Origin: Coprothermobacterota bacterium
Lineage (GTDB): Bacteria > Coprothermobacterota > Coprothermobacteria > Coprothermobacterales > Coprothermobacteraceae
Length of the DNA: 64,000 nt
Assembly: GCA_036679065.1 (NCBI GenBank)
Contig: JAZIGN010000003.1
Span: forward strand, 288,001-352,000
Reading direction: 5' to 3'
Made by a program: the position numbers and the translations under genes. Below, piece after piece: positions 28,172-38,803 of the stretch. The first letter of the stretch is position 1. The number at the start of each line of letters is the position of its first letter. A model generated the notes under the pieces. It saw nothing but the letters and a program-made list of their open reading frames with translations. It did not search any database and was not told the DNA's origin.

Positions 28172-29842
28172 CTATATCACCTCCTTTATTTGCTGGGCGA
28201 GTTCTTCTGGATCAAAGGGTCTTCCGTCGTATTTCCTAATGGAAGCTTTAGCTTTTATGCCTGTTTTCTCTTTTATCAGGGTTTCAAAAGCTCCCATAAC
28301 GCTTTGCTCTACTGCGATGGGGTTAACATTTTTGAATTTTTCAAATTCCCACGTAGGGAACGGTTCTAAGTAAATAGGCTGAACCACTGTTGCTTCCAAA
28401 TTAGCACACTGCAGTGCTTCCAGAACTGACATGGTTGTGGAACCGTAGGTAAAGATGACTGGTTCACCATGTCCAAATACGTTTACGGTGTGCATCTGCA
28501 TAAGCTTCTGCACCAGTGTCTCTTGTTTTTTGGCACGTTTTTCATGCATTTTCGCTATCATCTGTGGGTCTTCGGTGGAAACGCCGTATTCATCATGTTC
28601 ATAGCTGGTAAACTTTATCACTTGGTCAGAAGGTGGGAAAAGCACAGGAGATATGCCATCTTCTGTTATCTTATACCTTAAATACTTCTCGTCACCGCCC
28701 TGATACATGATAGGCTCTGCCCAATATGCTTTAGTGGGGTCTATATCCACGGTCATGCGGCTTTCCTCAAGATGTTTTTCGGTTAGCAAAATGCCCAAAG
28801 TTTGGAATTCCTGTACCAGACCAAGCATTTCAGCGGCAAGGTAAAAAGCTTCTTCCATGCTGTATGGGGAAGCCACCACCCGAGGAAATTCTCCATGCCC
28901 CTGGTTTATGGCAAAACGCAGGTCTCCTTGCTCTGTGTAAGTAGGCACACCTGTGGAAGGACCAGGCCTAGAACCAAGTACTGCAAGTACAGGTACTTCT
29001 GCCATACCGGAAAGTGAGAATGCTTCTTCCATGAGTGCCATGCCACCTCCACTTGAAGCCACCATGGTTTTTAGTCCCATGCTGGCAGCACCCAGCGCCA
29101 TGTTTATGGCAGCCAGCTCACTTTCAGGATGCATTACACCAATTTGGAACTCTTTCGCATGAGCAGCCAAGAAATGCAGTATGGAAGAAGCAGGTGTCAT
29201 GGGATAGGCAAAGAAGAAATCTAAACCGCCGGCTACAGCGCCTAGCGAGATGGCTTCGTTGCCACTGATCATGGGAAGTGGCTTCTCATTAGTTTTCTTC
29301 AGTGCGAATTTTCCAAAAAGCTGTGGAGCTGCGGCATCATAGATCTCCATGGCGAAGTTGATGTTGTTTTCAGCATCTCTGTATTGTTCGCGGATGACAT
29401 CTGCCAATTCGTCCTTTGACATGCCAATACTTACGGCAAGGACTGTAACAGCGCCCACGCCCAACCTAAGTTCAGAGTTTGTGTATTTCTTTGAAATGGT
29501 AGAAAACGGTATTCCTATACCGTTTGGGACTGTTTCGTCTTTCATGGCATCTGAGTTGAAAACCATGATACCACCATCACGAAGATGCTCTTTGTGCATA
29601 TCGTAGCTACGCTTGTCAGTGGCAACTACCAAATCTGCTTTCATATAATGGCTTTTTATGGGATAAGTAGCTGAGGAAACCACTGCGAAATTGTGTCCGC
29701 CTTTTATAAGACTTTGGTAATCTTCCATTTCGAAAACTCTTCTGCCCATTCTTGTAAAGATGTAACCGGCTACGGCTCCAGCCTTTCTTATGCCAGCCCC
29801 AGCCGTGCCTCCGGCTATGAAGGTAAATAGTTCCTTTTCCAC
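28172..29842 (-). CDS. korA: 2-oxoacid:ferredoxin oxidoreductase alpha subunit (gamma-alpha fusion)
   Basis: IKGGHN, GNEA, YPMTPAS, RPGPSTG.PT..EQGDL. Confidence 0.88.
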   Translation of the reverse strand: MEKELFTFIAGGTAGAGIRKAGAVAGYIFTRMGRRVFEMEDYQSLIKGGHNFAVVSSATYPIKSHYMKADLVVATDKRSYDMHKEHLRDGGIMVFNSDAMKDETVPNGIGIPFSTISKKYTNSELRLGVGAVTVLAVSIGMSKDELADVIREQYRDAENNINFAMEIYDAAAPQLFGKFALKKTNEKPLPMISGNEAISLGAVAGGLDFFFAYPMTPASSILHFLAAHAKEFQIGVMHPESELAAINMALGAASMGLKTMVASSGGGMALMEEAFSLSGMAEVPVLAVLGSRPGPSTGVPTYTEQGDLRFAINQGHGEFPRVVASPYSMEEAFYLAAEMLGLVQEFQTLGILLTEKHLEESRMTVDIDPTKAYWAEPIMYQGGDEKYLRYKITEDGISPVLFPPSDQVIKFTSYEHDEYGVSTEDPQMIAKMHEKRAKKQETLVQKLMQMHTVNVFGHGEPVIFTYGSTTMSVLEALQCANLEATVVQPIYLEPFPTWEFEKFKNVNPIAVEQSVMGAFETLIKEKTGIKAKASIRKYDGRPFDPEELAQQIKEVI

Positions 29843-29889
29843 CTTGTCACCCCCTAAAAAATCTCAAATTTTTTAAATGGTTAAATCTA

Positions 29890-30324
29890 TTATAACGCTT
29901 TAGGAAAATCCCAAGCGAGTGCTTTTTTTGTGTAGCTCTCTTCATCAAGTACTCTTAGCATCTCTACATCTTTTCCAAAAATTGACAGTGTTGTACCTAA
30001 TCCAGCCGAACGGCCAGTGATTTGGACTAAACTCAAAGCTTTTGTCATATTCGTAGGCGAAGTAATAGGTGGCAATACAGAAGCGCTATAAACTACCTTA
30101 TCGGTTTTTACTACGTTGCCATCAGCTACATCTCAATAATTGATATAAGCTTCCATAACAGACCACGTTCGAGGTATGAGCCCAAAGAACGGGATAGAAT
30201 CCTCTAGACCTTGATCGGTGACAGAATTTGAGCATCCTCCAAGGGACAGAGCCACGAAGGTGATAACCAAGATCGAGGCTGACACGACCAGTACCACTAA
30301 TGGCACGCTGTTAACCTTTTTCAT
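29890..30324 (-). pseudogene. Lipoprotein pseudogene, probably family B
   Basis: Lipobox LGGC; ORFs 30133-30333 and 29890-30075 are in one frame separated by a single TGA; SIPFF...Y*DVADGNV parallels SIPLF...WNTKTGTV. Confidence 0.6.
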
Positions 30325-30517
30325 TTTCCCCAATGAAGAAAGTTTTGTTCAAGTTCTTTTTCTTCCTCCCGTCCCGCTACCTTCTTTGGACGCATAGGAC
30401 GTCGCCCCCTTTAAGTTATGGCCACGCGGCTGAGCAATATTATTCTGCAACGTTTTTAGCCTTATTTCATCTACGCATGTATACGGCGGTTATATCAACT
30501 CTTCACTATTAAACTAC

Positions 30518-31117
30518 TCATTTAACTGCCACTAAGACGTACTTTTCATCATCGTCTATAGCTATTTGCACATTCAAATTGGCTTCCACCATGAACTGAC
30601 TCACTATATCAACACTGGGAAGTTCTACTTTTGCCATGTCGCCTCCCATGTCTTTGTGCATCTTGTTTATGTGATTGCGGCCCTGAGAGTGGCAAATAGC
30701 CAGTTTTCCGCGCGCCTTTAACAACTCTGCCAATTTTTTTATACTGCTCTCTTTGTCAGGAAAGTGGGGGAAAGAGGAGTAACAAATCACTATGTCAAAA
30801 AGGTCATCGGCTTCAAAAGCCATGACATCAGCTAAAACAAAATCTACGTTCGGATAGGTTTGTTTTGGAAACTTTTCTCTGGCAATGCGAAGCATATTCT
30901 TGGAGTAGTCCAAACCGACTACCCGACCTGTTGGGCCAATTGACTCAAGAAGATACGGTATTAGAACACCTGTGCCACAGCCTACGTCGAGCACGTGGTT
31001 GCCAGGTTTAGGTTTAAGAATGTTCATTATGTCCTTTATTTTTCTGGGGTCGTGGTGGTTTTTGCTATCCCACTCGGTGGCTGCTTTATCAAAAAACGCT
31101 TTTTGGTTCAGATCCAT
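30518..31117 (-). CDS. Class I SAM-dependent methyltransferase
   Basis: VLDVGCGTG, GLDYS, YSSFPHF. Confidence 0.9.
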   Translation of the reverse strand: MDLNQKAFFDKAATEWDSKNHHDPRKIKDIMNILKPKPGNHVLDVGCGTGVLIPYLLESIGPTGRVVGLDYSKNMLRIAREKFPKQTYPNVDFVLADVMAFEADDLFDIVICYSSFPHFPDKESSIKKLAELLKARGKLAICHSQGRNHINKMHKDMGGDMAKVELPSVDIVSQFMVEANLNVQIAIDDDEKYVLVAVK

Positions 31118-31127
31118 ACCTATTTTT

Positions 31128-31679
31128 TCACCCTTTCAAAGTAACAGGATTTGCGCTTCTCTCGTGCACGTTCGCCTGTCTATGCACTAATAGTGTGACC
31201 AAGGGAGGAATGGTAAGTATTTGAATAACAATTCCAGGTAGACCTATGACGAACATGCTGTAAAGAAAAGCTGTTAGCTTGAATGGTAGCCCAAGAACAA
31301 AGTTGAAAAGAATCCAGTTCGCCAAGATAGAGACCAATCTGCCTATGAGCATTGCTGAGATGATGGAAACATACGTGTTTTTCTTAAAGTTTCTGTATAA
31401 GAGCGACGTAGTAATACCATAAGTGAATAGTTCAGCGGTCATTGTAAAAACCGTGGGCACTGGAGGCATTCCTGTAAGGAAAGAGCTAAGAAGTGGAGTG
31501 GTTATGCCAACTAGTGCGGCAAACTGCCATGGCAGCAGAAAACCAGCAACTAAAACGGGTATGTGCATTGGTAAAAACATGGGGCCACCAAAAGAAAGCA
31601 TGTGAAAAACCATGGGTAATAGAACACCCACAGCGATAAGCAACGCGGCCAGCGTCAAGAACTTAACTTTTGGATTCAT
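31128..31679 (-). CDS. ECF transporter S component
   Basis: LPMHIPV, PLLS...GMPP, ~5 TM segments. Confidence 0.8.
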   Translation of the reverse strand: MNPKVKFLTLAALLIAVGVLLPMVFHMLSFGGPMFLPMHIPVLVAGFLLPWQFAALVGITTPLLSSFLTGMPPVPTVFTMTAELFTYGITTSLLYRNFKKNTYVSIISAMLIGRLVSILANWILFNFVLGLPFKLTAFLYSMFVIGLPGIVIQILTIPPLVTLLVHRQANVHERSANPVTLKG

Positions 31680-31763
31680 CAGTCAGTGCTCCTTTGCATA
31701 GAAGTTGCCAATGGTAACATCAGTGTAATATTCTAAACCAGAATTATGTTAATCACCTAAGGT

Positions 31764-32417
31764 CTAAGTTTTTTCTAAAATGGGATTGAAATTCAAAGAG
31801 ACTATTTTTGTTGGTTCTGGTAAGTTTTCTTTTGTTATTTCCAGCACGTCCAGTTGCTCATAAGGATGGTCTTTAACGAATGCATCAAGATCGCGTAGTA
31901 CAGTTTTTAAAAAGAAGCTGGCATACTTCGTCTTGTAGTGCATGGGAATAGCAATGTTAGGTTTTAGCTGGTCAATGACCTTCCATGCTTCATCAGGGCC
32001 AATTGTGAAGAAACCCCCTACGGGTAGGAATATGATATTAGGCTGGTCCAGCGCTTCGAGTTCTTTTTCTGTTAGCAGAGTACCTAAATCACTTAAGAAT
32101 GCCAAAACCATATTTTCAGCTTCGATGCTGAACAAAGAGATCTTGCCTCTTTTTGCTCCTTGGGCATTGTCGTGGAAGTACGGAATGGTGGTGATTTTTA
32201 CTCCATCAAATTCCTTTGTGCCTTCTTTAAGCACTTCCTTGAACGCTTTTACGTTTTTAACGGAGTTATGATCACCATGTTCGTGGGACACGAGCACTAA
32301 ATCCACTTCGGGGAAAGAAGCTTTGTAGCCAGTGGAAGAGTTGTAAGGATCGGTCAATATCTTCATGTTTCCTGTTTCAATAAGGAAACATGAATGTCCG
32401 AGCCATCTGATCTTCAT
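31764..32417 (-). CDS. MBL-fold metallo-hydrolase
   Basis: WLGHSCF, TDPY, SHEHGDH, IPMHY. Confidence 0.9.
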   Translation of the reverse strand: MKIRWLGHSCFLIETGNMKILTDPYNSSTGYKASFPEVDLVLVSHEHGDHNSVKNVKAFKEVLKEGTKEFDGVKITTIPYFHDNAQGAKRGKISLFSIEAENMVLAFLSDLGTLLTEKELEALDQPNIIFLPVGGFFTIGPDEAWKVIDQLKPNIAIPMHYKTKYASFFLKTVLRDLDAFVKDHPYEQLDVLEITKENLPEPTKIVSLNFNPILEKT

Positions 32418-32434
32418 GCTGTTTTCACCTCCTT

Positions 32435-33592
32435 CTAAGTTCGGTTAGGATTTACAGGTAGGAAGCAGCCATTTTGTGAGCTGGATTGGTAAGCCGCCTC
32501 CAAAACGAGCTGAGCGCGATGGCCTTCTTCAAATGTAGGGGTATGATCTAAAATCTTTCCCTCTGCTACCGAGCTTAAGAACCAAAGCAAACTTGTCAGG
32601 TGTGTGTCTACCATAAAACCCTGAGAAAGCTTCGAGTTTGGGTAAAGTTTTACTATTCTTTTGTAGAATGGATCGTTAGCTAAGAGCTTCGGATCTGGGT
32701 AAATACGTTGCCCTTTTTCATCATAAAAGGTGGGGGAGTAGGGGTTGTGGTCCAAATCGATAAACAGAGAGCCTTTGTCACCGTAAATCCACATGCGATT
32801 AGCATCGTTGCCAACGGCGAGCCGAGATACCTCAATGGTTCCCTTAACGTTGCCTTCTACCTGCAAGCTCAAAGAAGCCCAGTCATCTACATCTACCTGC
32901 TGGAGTATGCCTTCTGAGTTCTTGCGTTGTTTTACTATGGTGTCAGTCAAGCAGCTTACGGACTGAATTTCTCCAAGCAAGAACCGAACCAGATCTATTA
33001 GATGAATGCCCAGATCTGCTAAAGCACCACCACCGCTTTTATTCTTTTGCAGTCTCCATGTCATTGTTTTTTCCGGTATGAGGTAGCTTGAGTGTAGCAG
33101 TTCACCACGAAAAGCATAAGGACGACCAATAACACCTTGTTTTATGGTAGCATGAGCGGAAGCCACAGCTGGGTTGAACCGCATTACGAATGCTACTTGA
33201 TTTAAGACGTTACTCTTTTTAACCTCTTCAACCATAAGCTTTGTCTCTTTACTGTTGCTTGCGAGTGGTTTTTCACAGTAGATGTGTTTCCCTGCTTGAG
33301 CAGCTAATAAGGTTTGCTGGCAGTGGAGGAAATTTGGGGTGCATATATCTACTACGTCTAAATCTTCTAACGAGACTAACTTTTCCATGGTATCGACTAT
33401 CTCTGCAAAGCCGCAGCTTTTGGCTGTCTCCATGTTTTCCATGGGGTGAGTGCTGTAAAGTGCCTTCAAGTTAATGCTAAAATCCACGGGAATATTGAGT
33501 AGAGGTAAATTCCTAAGCCCAAGCAGGTGGGTTTTGGCTATGGTTCCTAATCCAGCTAAACCGTAATTGATCTCCATGTTTTTAATCCTCAC
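32435..33592 (-). CDS. Gfo/Idh/MocA oxidoreductase
   Basis: GLGTIA, CTPN..H, CEKP, GGGAL.DLGIH. Confidence 0.9.
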   Translation of the reverse strand: MRIKNMEINYGLAGLGTIAKTHLLGLRNLPLLNIPVDFSINLKALYSTHPMENMETAKSCGFAEIVDTMEKLVSLEDLDVVDICTPNFLHCQQTLLAAQAGKHIYCEKPLASNSKETKLMVEEVKKSNVLNQVAFVMRFNPAVASAHATIKQGVIGRPYAFRGELLHSSYLIPEKTMTWRLQKNKSGGGALADLGIHLIDLVRFLLGEIQSVSCLTDTIVKQRKNSEGILQQVDVDDWASLSLQVEGNVKGTIEVSRLAVGNDANRMWIYGDKGSLFIDLDHNPYSPTFYDEKGQRIYPDPKLLANDPFYKRIVKLYPNSKLSQGFMVDTHLTSLLWFLSSVAEGKILDHTPTFEEGHRAQLVLEAAYQSSSQNGCFLPVNPNRT

Positions 33593-34632
33593 AATTCTAC
33601 CTGGGTTACCTTGCTCAGGTAACGCGGTTTGTCCGGGTTAATGTTTCTTAAGCGAGCCAAATAGAAAGCAAATAGCTGAGCAAAAGTAACTTCAGCGAAA
33701 GGATAGAGCAGGTCATGGTTACAGGGAAGTTCAAACCGAGCATCACCGAGCTTCAAAGCTTCTTCGTTGTCTGAAATTACAAGCACATGTGCTCCCACCT
33801 GTTTAATTCTTTCTATGACGTTCAGGCTGGCAGGTAATGTGGCATCGGCTGGCGCAAAGATGATAACGGGCGACATGTGGTTCAAGATGGCAATGGGTCC
33901 ATGCAAAAAGTCTACAGATGACATGCCCCATGCATTTATGTAACAAGCCTCTTTAAGTTTCAGAGCCGTTTCCTTCGCGGCACTATACGAAAGACCCGTG
34001 CCAAGGAGCACTAGGTTCTGTGCCAGCATGTATCTTTGTGCCAAGGCTGATACTTGTTCTTTATGCTTTAAGATGGTTTCTACTGAAGTAAGGAGCGATC
34101 CATCATCCAGTGGTTTATCTGCCAAGGCATAAGCTAACATGAGGAGAGCAGCCATGGAAGCGGTAAAGCTTTTCGTAGCGCACACACTTTCCTCTTTGTT
34201 TGCCTGCATGTACAGGGCATTTTCGCCTGCTAGTTTATAGAGTGTGCTTTCTTTGTTATTGGTTATGCCAACGGTTAGAGCACCTTCTACTTTTGCGCGC
34301 TTTACGGTTTCACATACGTCGTCGGTCTCTCCAGATTGCGAAACGCCTACTATCAAAGCTTTGGATATATGAGGTGGATTCTTGTACAGGGTGTACACAG
34401 AACCAGTACTTAATGCAGAAGGAAGGTGCGCTATGAGTTGAAATGCATACTGACCATAAATGCAAGCGTTGTCTGAACTACCTCTGCCAGCTAACAAAAG
34501 GAACTCTGGAGCATACTGCTTTATGCGTGATGAAATTGCCTTAACGTTATCTGATTCCCGCTCAATCAGCCTCCTTAGTACTTCAGGGACTTCCTCGATT
34601 TCTGCTAACATTCTAAATTCTTGTTCGTTCAC
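33589..34632 (-). CDS. Double-SIS sugar-phosphate isomerase/deaminase (GlmS C-terminal-like)
   Basis: GRGSS, SQSGET, ATKSF, ETALKLKE, HGP, PRYLSKVT. Confidence 0.85.
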   Translation of the reverse strand: MNEQEFRMLAEIEEVPEVLRRLIERESDNVKAISSRIKQYAPEFLLLAGRGSSDNACIYGQYAFQLIAHLPSALSTGSVYTLYKNPPHISKALIVGVSQSGETDDVCETVKRAKVEGALTVGITNNKESTLYKLAGENALYMQANKEESVCATKSFTASMAALLMLAYALADKPLDDGSLLTSVETILKHKEQVSALAQRYMLAQNLVLLGTGLSYSAAKETALKLKEACYINAWGMSSVDFLHGPIAILNHMSPVIIFAPADATLPASLNVIERIKQVGAHVLVISDNEEALKLGDARFELPCNHDLLYPFAEVTFAQLFAFYLARLRNINPDKPRYLSKVTQVEL

Positions 34633-34662
34633 TGTGTTTACCTCCTTGCTACCAGATGGTTG

Positions 34663-35970
34663 CTAACTATGGTAGTGGTTTCTTATTGCCTCAACTATGA
34701 TTTCGACTATCCTTTCTCCTTCTCCACCCTGCAGCAGGGTGGAAAGGGTTTCATACCCACCTTCATCATAGGCGCTCATGTCGGGAATGTAGCCAATGTA
34801 ATCAGATGCATACCCCACAACAAAGATCTTCTTAGGTTTTAGTGCTTCTTCTATTTGCTTTCCCAATGTGGAAAATAACTCTCCTGGCACACCAACAAAG
34901 CTTACTTCTCCAAAATCTAGAATGCGTAAGGCTGTTTGGATAAGTTGAGCGCCATTTACAGCAGTGCTTGTTCTTATTAAGCTCTCTATGCCTTCAACCT
35001 TTGATTCCCAAGGTCTAAGGTTTTGTTCTCCTCTTAGTCTGGCGCGCTGGAGTTCTTCTTGTGCCTGCCTTAGCATATTTCGAAGAACATCCATGGGTGG
35101 CATTTCCTTTATCTTCAACTGAACCGGTATGGTGATGGCTTGGAACTTATCAGGGTCTAAATCAATTTCTTTAGTGTTTGGCATGCATCTTGTCAAGCTG
35201 TCTTGTACGACCTTTGCGACGCGTTCTATCTCATCGAAATCGGATTTCTGCCGATAAAAGCGTGTGCTGACATCACCTGCTGCACCGTTGAAGAACATGG
35301 CAAATTTTAAGTTATTTACCTGCTCAGTGAGCAAAGATGCAACTTTTCCAGGGAAATCAGCGCTTATTAAGTGGTTTTGCTCATGTAAAACGGTGGGATG
35401 ACATCCGAAGTTATAAAGCAATGCCTTGCTACCGTCTTCACTCTGTATTATTAGCATCTTGAAAGTGGGTAGTAATTCCTCTGTGTTAAGCTCTCGGCGA
35501 TTACCAAACACCCTTTGAGTAAAGGGGCATTCTCCAAACAGTAGTTTTCCTGATCTAACACTTTTGATTGATTCCAAAGCACTATTTACAGTCTGCTCCA
35601 CTGTGTACTCAAAAAGAGTGCTGTCAATATTTCCCACAGCCAGCACTTTTCCATCAGGAGTCAGGAGCTTTGTGCTTTGAAGCCCTTCAGGACCTGAATG
35701 AGTATGGGTTGCAGCTATGAGAATATGGTCTTTGGGAATGCCTGTTTGGCTCTCAAGTTGTGAAGCAACAGCTTGAGAGAAATCCAGAGAAATGGCAAGT
35801 GTGTCAAGGGCAATGAGAAAAAACTTTTGGTGTTCGCCAAATTCCAAATACAGTGCTTTTGCGTAAAGGTCGTCATGAACACCTTCTGCTTTTCTCTGCC
35901 CAAGAAATCCTGCCATTTGTGTCCCCAGCGAGGGTGTAATAATTCTTTGAGAATATCCGTATTTAACCAT
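34663..35970 (-). CDS. Neutral/alkaline ceramidase-like amidohydrolase
   Basis: HDDLYAKAL, ATHTHSGP, CHPT, SADFPG, GAAGDV, PGELF, GYIP...GGYE. Confidence 0.8.
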   Translation of the reverse strand: MVKYGYSQRIITPSLGTQMAGFLGQRKAEGVHDDLYAKALYLEFGEHQKFFLIALDTLAISLDFSQAVASQLESQTGIPKDHILIAATHTHSGPEGLQSTKLLTPDGKVLAVGNIDSTLFEYTVEQTVNSALESIKSVRSGKLLFGECPFTQRVFGNRRELNTEELLPTFKMLIIQSEDGSKALLYNFGCHPTVLHEQNHLISADFPGKVASLLTEQVNNLKFAMFFNGAAGDVSTRFYRQKSDFDEIERVAKVVQDSLTRCMPNTKEIDLDPDKFQAITIPVQLKIKEMPPMDVLRNMLRQAQEELQRARLRGEQNLRPWESKVEGIESLIRTSTAVNGAQLIQTALRILDFGEVSFVGVPGELFSTLGKQIEEALKPKKIFVVGYASDYIGYIPDMSAYDEGGYETLSTLLQGGEGERIVEIIVEAIRNHYHS

Positions 35971-36835
35971 TCTGTGCCTCCAAGAAGCGCTTTATGGCGA
36001 GCAAGACTCCTTTATCTTCATTGGAACTTGTAACAAAAGAAGCCTTACTTTTCGTAAAATCGTCGGCATTAGCCACGGCCACCGAGAATTTGACCACATC
36101 GAACATGGTGGCATCGCTTTCATTGTCTCCAATGGCCATGACATGTTCAGGATCGATGCCGCAAATTTGCAACATGTGCTGTAAAGCACTGCCCTTTGTG
36201 ACGCCACTTGCCATTATGTCCAAACAGCCATCATCTGCTCGCATAACATCGATCTTGTCACCGAGAAGTTCTCTGAGCTCTTCTTTTAATTGGTTTAAAT
36301 ATTCTTCATCAAGTATGATGGATACTTTTCTTACACCGATTATGTCTTCAGGTGGTATGTCAGAAAGATCAGTGTTTACCACTGGAGCGGGCTCTTTTTC
36401 TGTAAACACAGGTACTTCTGGTCTTTTGTAGCAAATCATGCTGTTACCTCGATATAGGTAAAGGTTACATCGATATTTCCTTCTTACCAAATGGTCTATG
36501 ATAGCTTTTACCACATCTTCCTCGATAAACTGTTGATAAATGATTTCCTCCGTAACGGGGTCAACAACAACTGCTCCAGCTTCGCATATGACTGGTACAT
36601 CTATGGGGAATCTATATGCGAAGGTTTTCACCGAGGGGTAGCCTCGTCCAGAAGCGATTGTTAACTTCACTTCTGGACTTAGCATGTCCTTTATCTCTTC
36701 TACATACTCTTGCGGCAGCTCAGAGTCATTGTTTAGCAAGGTACCATCCAAGTCCGTAACGATAAGTTTCTTGACATCCCTGAGCCTATTCCTTATGTCC
36801 TCTATGATCTTATCGCTGCTAATCTGCTCTTGCAT
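35963..36835 (-). CDS. Cof-type HAD phosphatase
   Basis: DLDGTLL, ASGR, KG, GDNESD. Confidence 0.9.
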   Translation of the reverse strand: MQEQISSDKIIEDIRNRLRDVKKLIVTDLDGTLLNNDSELPQEYVEEIKDMLSPEVKLTIASGRGYPSVKTFAYRFPIDVPVICEAGAVVVDPVTEEIIYQQFIEEDVVKAIIDHLVRRKYRCNLYLYRGNSMICYKRPEVPVFTEKEPAPVVNTDLSDIPPEDIIGVRKVSIILDEEYLNQLKEELRELLGDKIDVMRADDGCLDIMASGVTKGSALQHMLQICGIDPEHVMAIGDNESDATMFDVVKFSVAVANADDFTKSKASFVTSSNEDKGVLLAIKRFLEAQNG

Positions 36836-37982
36836 AGATGAGATTTCCCTCTCCTATGGTGGCTTCCACCTGGAGCGTTTCTTTATTCAAAATTACCATG
36901 TCAGCGATGGATCCTTTCTTTATGGTTCCACGATCCTTCAGGCCTATGGACTTTGCAGGCAGTAGCGATGCACATGTGAAAGCCTCTGGTAGAGAAAGCC
37001 CACCGATGTTAATGAGATTTCTAAAGCCCTTATCCATGGCGAGTACCGAACCAGCTAATGTTCCATTTTCTAACCTGGCAGAGGTTTCGTCTACGATTAT
37101 GGTCCTATTCCCCAGAGTGTACCTGCCTGGTTTCCCTAAACCTGCTGCCATGGTGGCGTCAGTGATGAGTACCAGCCGATCTTTGACGTACTTGCACATG
37201 ATTTTCATGGTAGCAATGTGCGTGTGAACCCCATCTGCGATGAACTGTAAATAGAATGGATAAAGTAAACCCGCACCTATAAGACCTGGCTGCCTGTGTT
37301 GAAATGGGCTCATGGCGTTGAAGTAGTGTGTTATGGAGGTTGCTCCTTTTGCATAGGCTTTGGCAGCTGTTTCGTAGTCTGTGGACGTGTGGCCCAAAGA
37401 AACACTAACGCCATATCCGGCGAAAAGTTCTATCATGTCCAGATGTCCTTCAATCTCAGGAGCCATGGTAACCATGAGAGCCTTGCCTTCACTAAGAAGC
37501 TCTATGATGTCATCTCTGTTGGCTTGCCTGAATAGATTTGGATCCATGGCACCGGGAACTTTCTTACTAATGAATGGCCCTTCCAGATGAAGTGCAAGTG
37601 GTTTCGCCCCTTTTACCTGGGCAAAGCTATTAGAAAGCTGCATTATGGGCTTTAGTGTTTCAACAGGTGCACCTGTGGTAGTAGGAAGAAATGCTGTGGT
37701 ACCTGTAGAGGCAAGCTTTTCTGCCATGCTGCTTATGGCCTCTAATGTGCCTTCCATGGTGTCATGGCCTGCGAATCCATGAATGTGAACATCGACAAAA
37801 CCAGGCCCTACTACGTAGTCGGTTAAATCTACCAGTTCAACCCCACTTTCGGGTGGTTCAAATGAAACTTGCTCGATGCGTGAATTGTTCACTTCAATGT
37901 ATACAGTGCCGTCAATGGGCTCTGGTGCATAAAAATGGTCTGTCTTTATCACATAGTGATTACTTTTAATTTGAATGGTCAT
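36819..37982 (-). CDS. nagA: N-acetylglucosamine-6-phosphate deacetylase
   Basis: PGFVDVHIHG, HLEGPF, GH, TH.FNAM, DGVH, TDA, LAGS. Confidence 0.9.
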   Translation of the reverse strand: MTIQIKSNHYVIKTDHFYAPEPIDGTVYIEVNNSRIEQVSFEPPESGVELVDLTDYVVGPGFVDVHIHGFAGHDTMEGTLEAISSMAEKLASTGTTAFLPTTTGAPVETLKPIMQLSNSFAQVKGAKPLALHLEGPFISKKVPGAMDPNLFRQANRDDIIELLSEGKALMVTMAPEIEGHLDMIELFAGYGVSVSLGHTSTDYETAAKAYAKGATSITHYFNAMSPFQHRQPGLIGAGLLYPFYLQFIADGVHTHIATMKIMCKYVKDRLVLITDATMAAGLGKPGRYTLGNRTIIVDETSARLENGTLAGSVLAMDKGFRNLINIGGLSLPEAFTCASLLPAKSIGLKDRGTIKKGSIADMVILNKETLQVEATIGEGNLIYARAD

Positions 37983-38009
37983 TATGGCGTGCCTCCTAAA
38001 ACTCCTGTT

Positions 38010-38720
38010 TTACTTGTTGATCCAGATGCGGTACCCGTATAGGTCTCTGTATTTTTCTTTTAATTTATCGTTGAACTCCGGGCCACCGTCAATGTTTGCA
38101 CTCATGAGTACTGGTGGCTCAAAGTTATTTGCAAGCATTTCCTCGATGGCAAAGACTACTGTTTGGTTCAGAAGTAAATCTGCAGCAATAGAGGATGTAC
38201 CACCCACTTTTGTGTAGAGTCCTTCTATTTCCACTGCAGCGTCTCCAGGTATGCTATGGTTATCCAGCACCACGTCTGCAAGTTCGAATAGTCTTTTCCC
38301 ACTAGAGTGCCTGGACGTGCTGTTTTTACTTACTTCTAGGGCAGTTACAGCGATTAAAGGTACATTCTTGGATTTCACAAAGGATGCCATTTCGATAATG
38401 AAGGGATTTCTTCCCGAGTTCGATATGATCACTACACAGTCCTTTTCTCTTAGGTCCCAACTTTCTATGAACTTTGTTCCTACACCTTCAATGGTTTCGT
38501 AACGCCCGAAGGTTTCTTCCATGACAGCTTTCGCTGGCAGCAAGCCACCAGCTCTGCCAGCAATTTCTATGGAAGCAGCATAGGAATGGCCACTGCCAAA
38601 AGCCTGTATAATGCCACCATTCATGATGCTCTGCGCCATCAAGTGGCCAGCTTGTTTCATGTGTTCCTCTTCTCTTTCCAATAAGGGAATCAAATCTTTA
38701 ATCACTTGAAAGTATTTCAT
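38010..38720 (-). CDS. Single SIS-domain sugar isomerase
   Basis: FGSGHS, RAGGL, SNSGRN, SRHSSGKRL. Confidence 0.85.
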   Translation of the reverse strand: MKYFQVIKDLIPLLEREEEHMKQAGHLMAQSIMNGGIIQAFGSGHSYAASIEIAGRAGGLLPAKAVMEETFGRYETIEGVGTKFIESWDLREKDCVVIISNSGRNPFIIEMASFVKSKNVPLIAVTALEVSKNSTSRHSSGKRLFELADVVLDNHSIPGDAAVEIEGLYTKVGGTSSIAADLLLNQTVVFAIEEMLANNFEPPVLMSANIDGGPEFNDKLKEKYRDLYGYRIWINK

Positions 38721-38803
38721 TGTTGTATTCTCCTTTCTCTTTGTACGGGGCGAACAAAAAACTCAACTCCTTCCAAATGGAGCGAGTAAAGAAGCTGCTG
38801 GTA

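Noticed and set aside
12860..30135. TGA recoding (Trp or selenocysteine) suggested by two in-frame TGAs at Trp positions
   Set aside because: TGA is a normal stop in many intact genes here, TGG is used for Trp throughout, the positions align to Trp rather than Cys, and both loci have other lesions.
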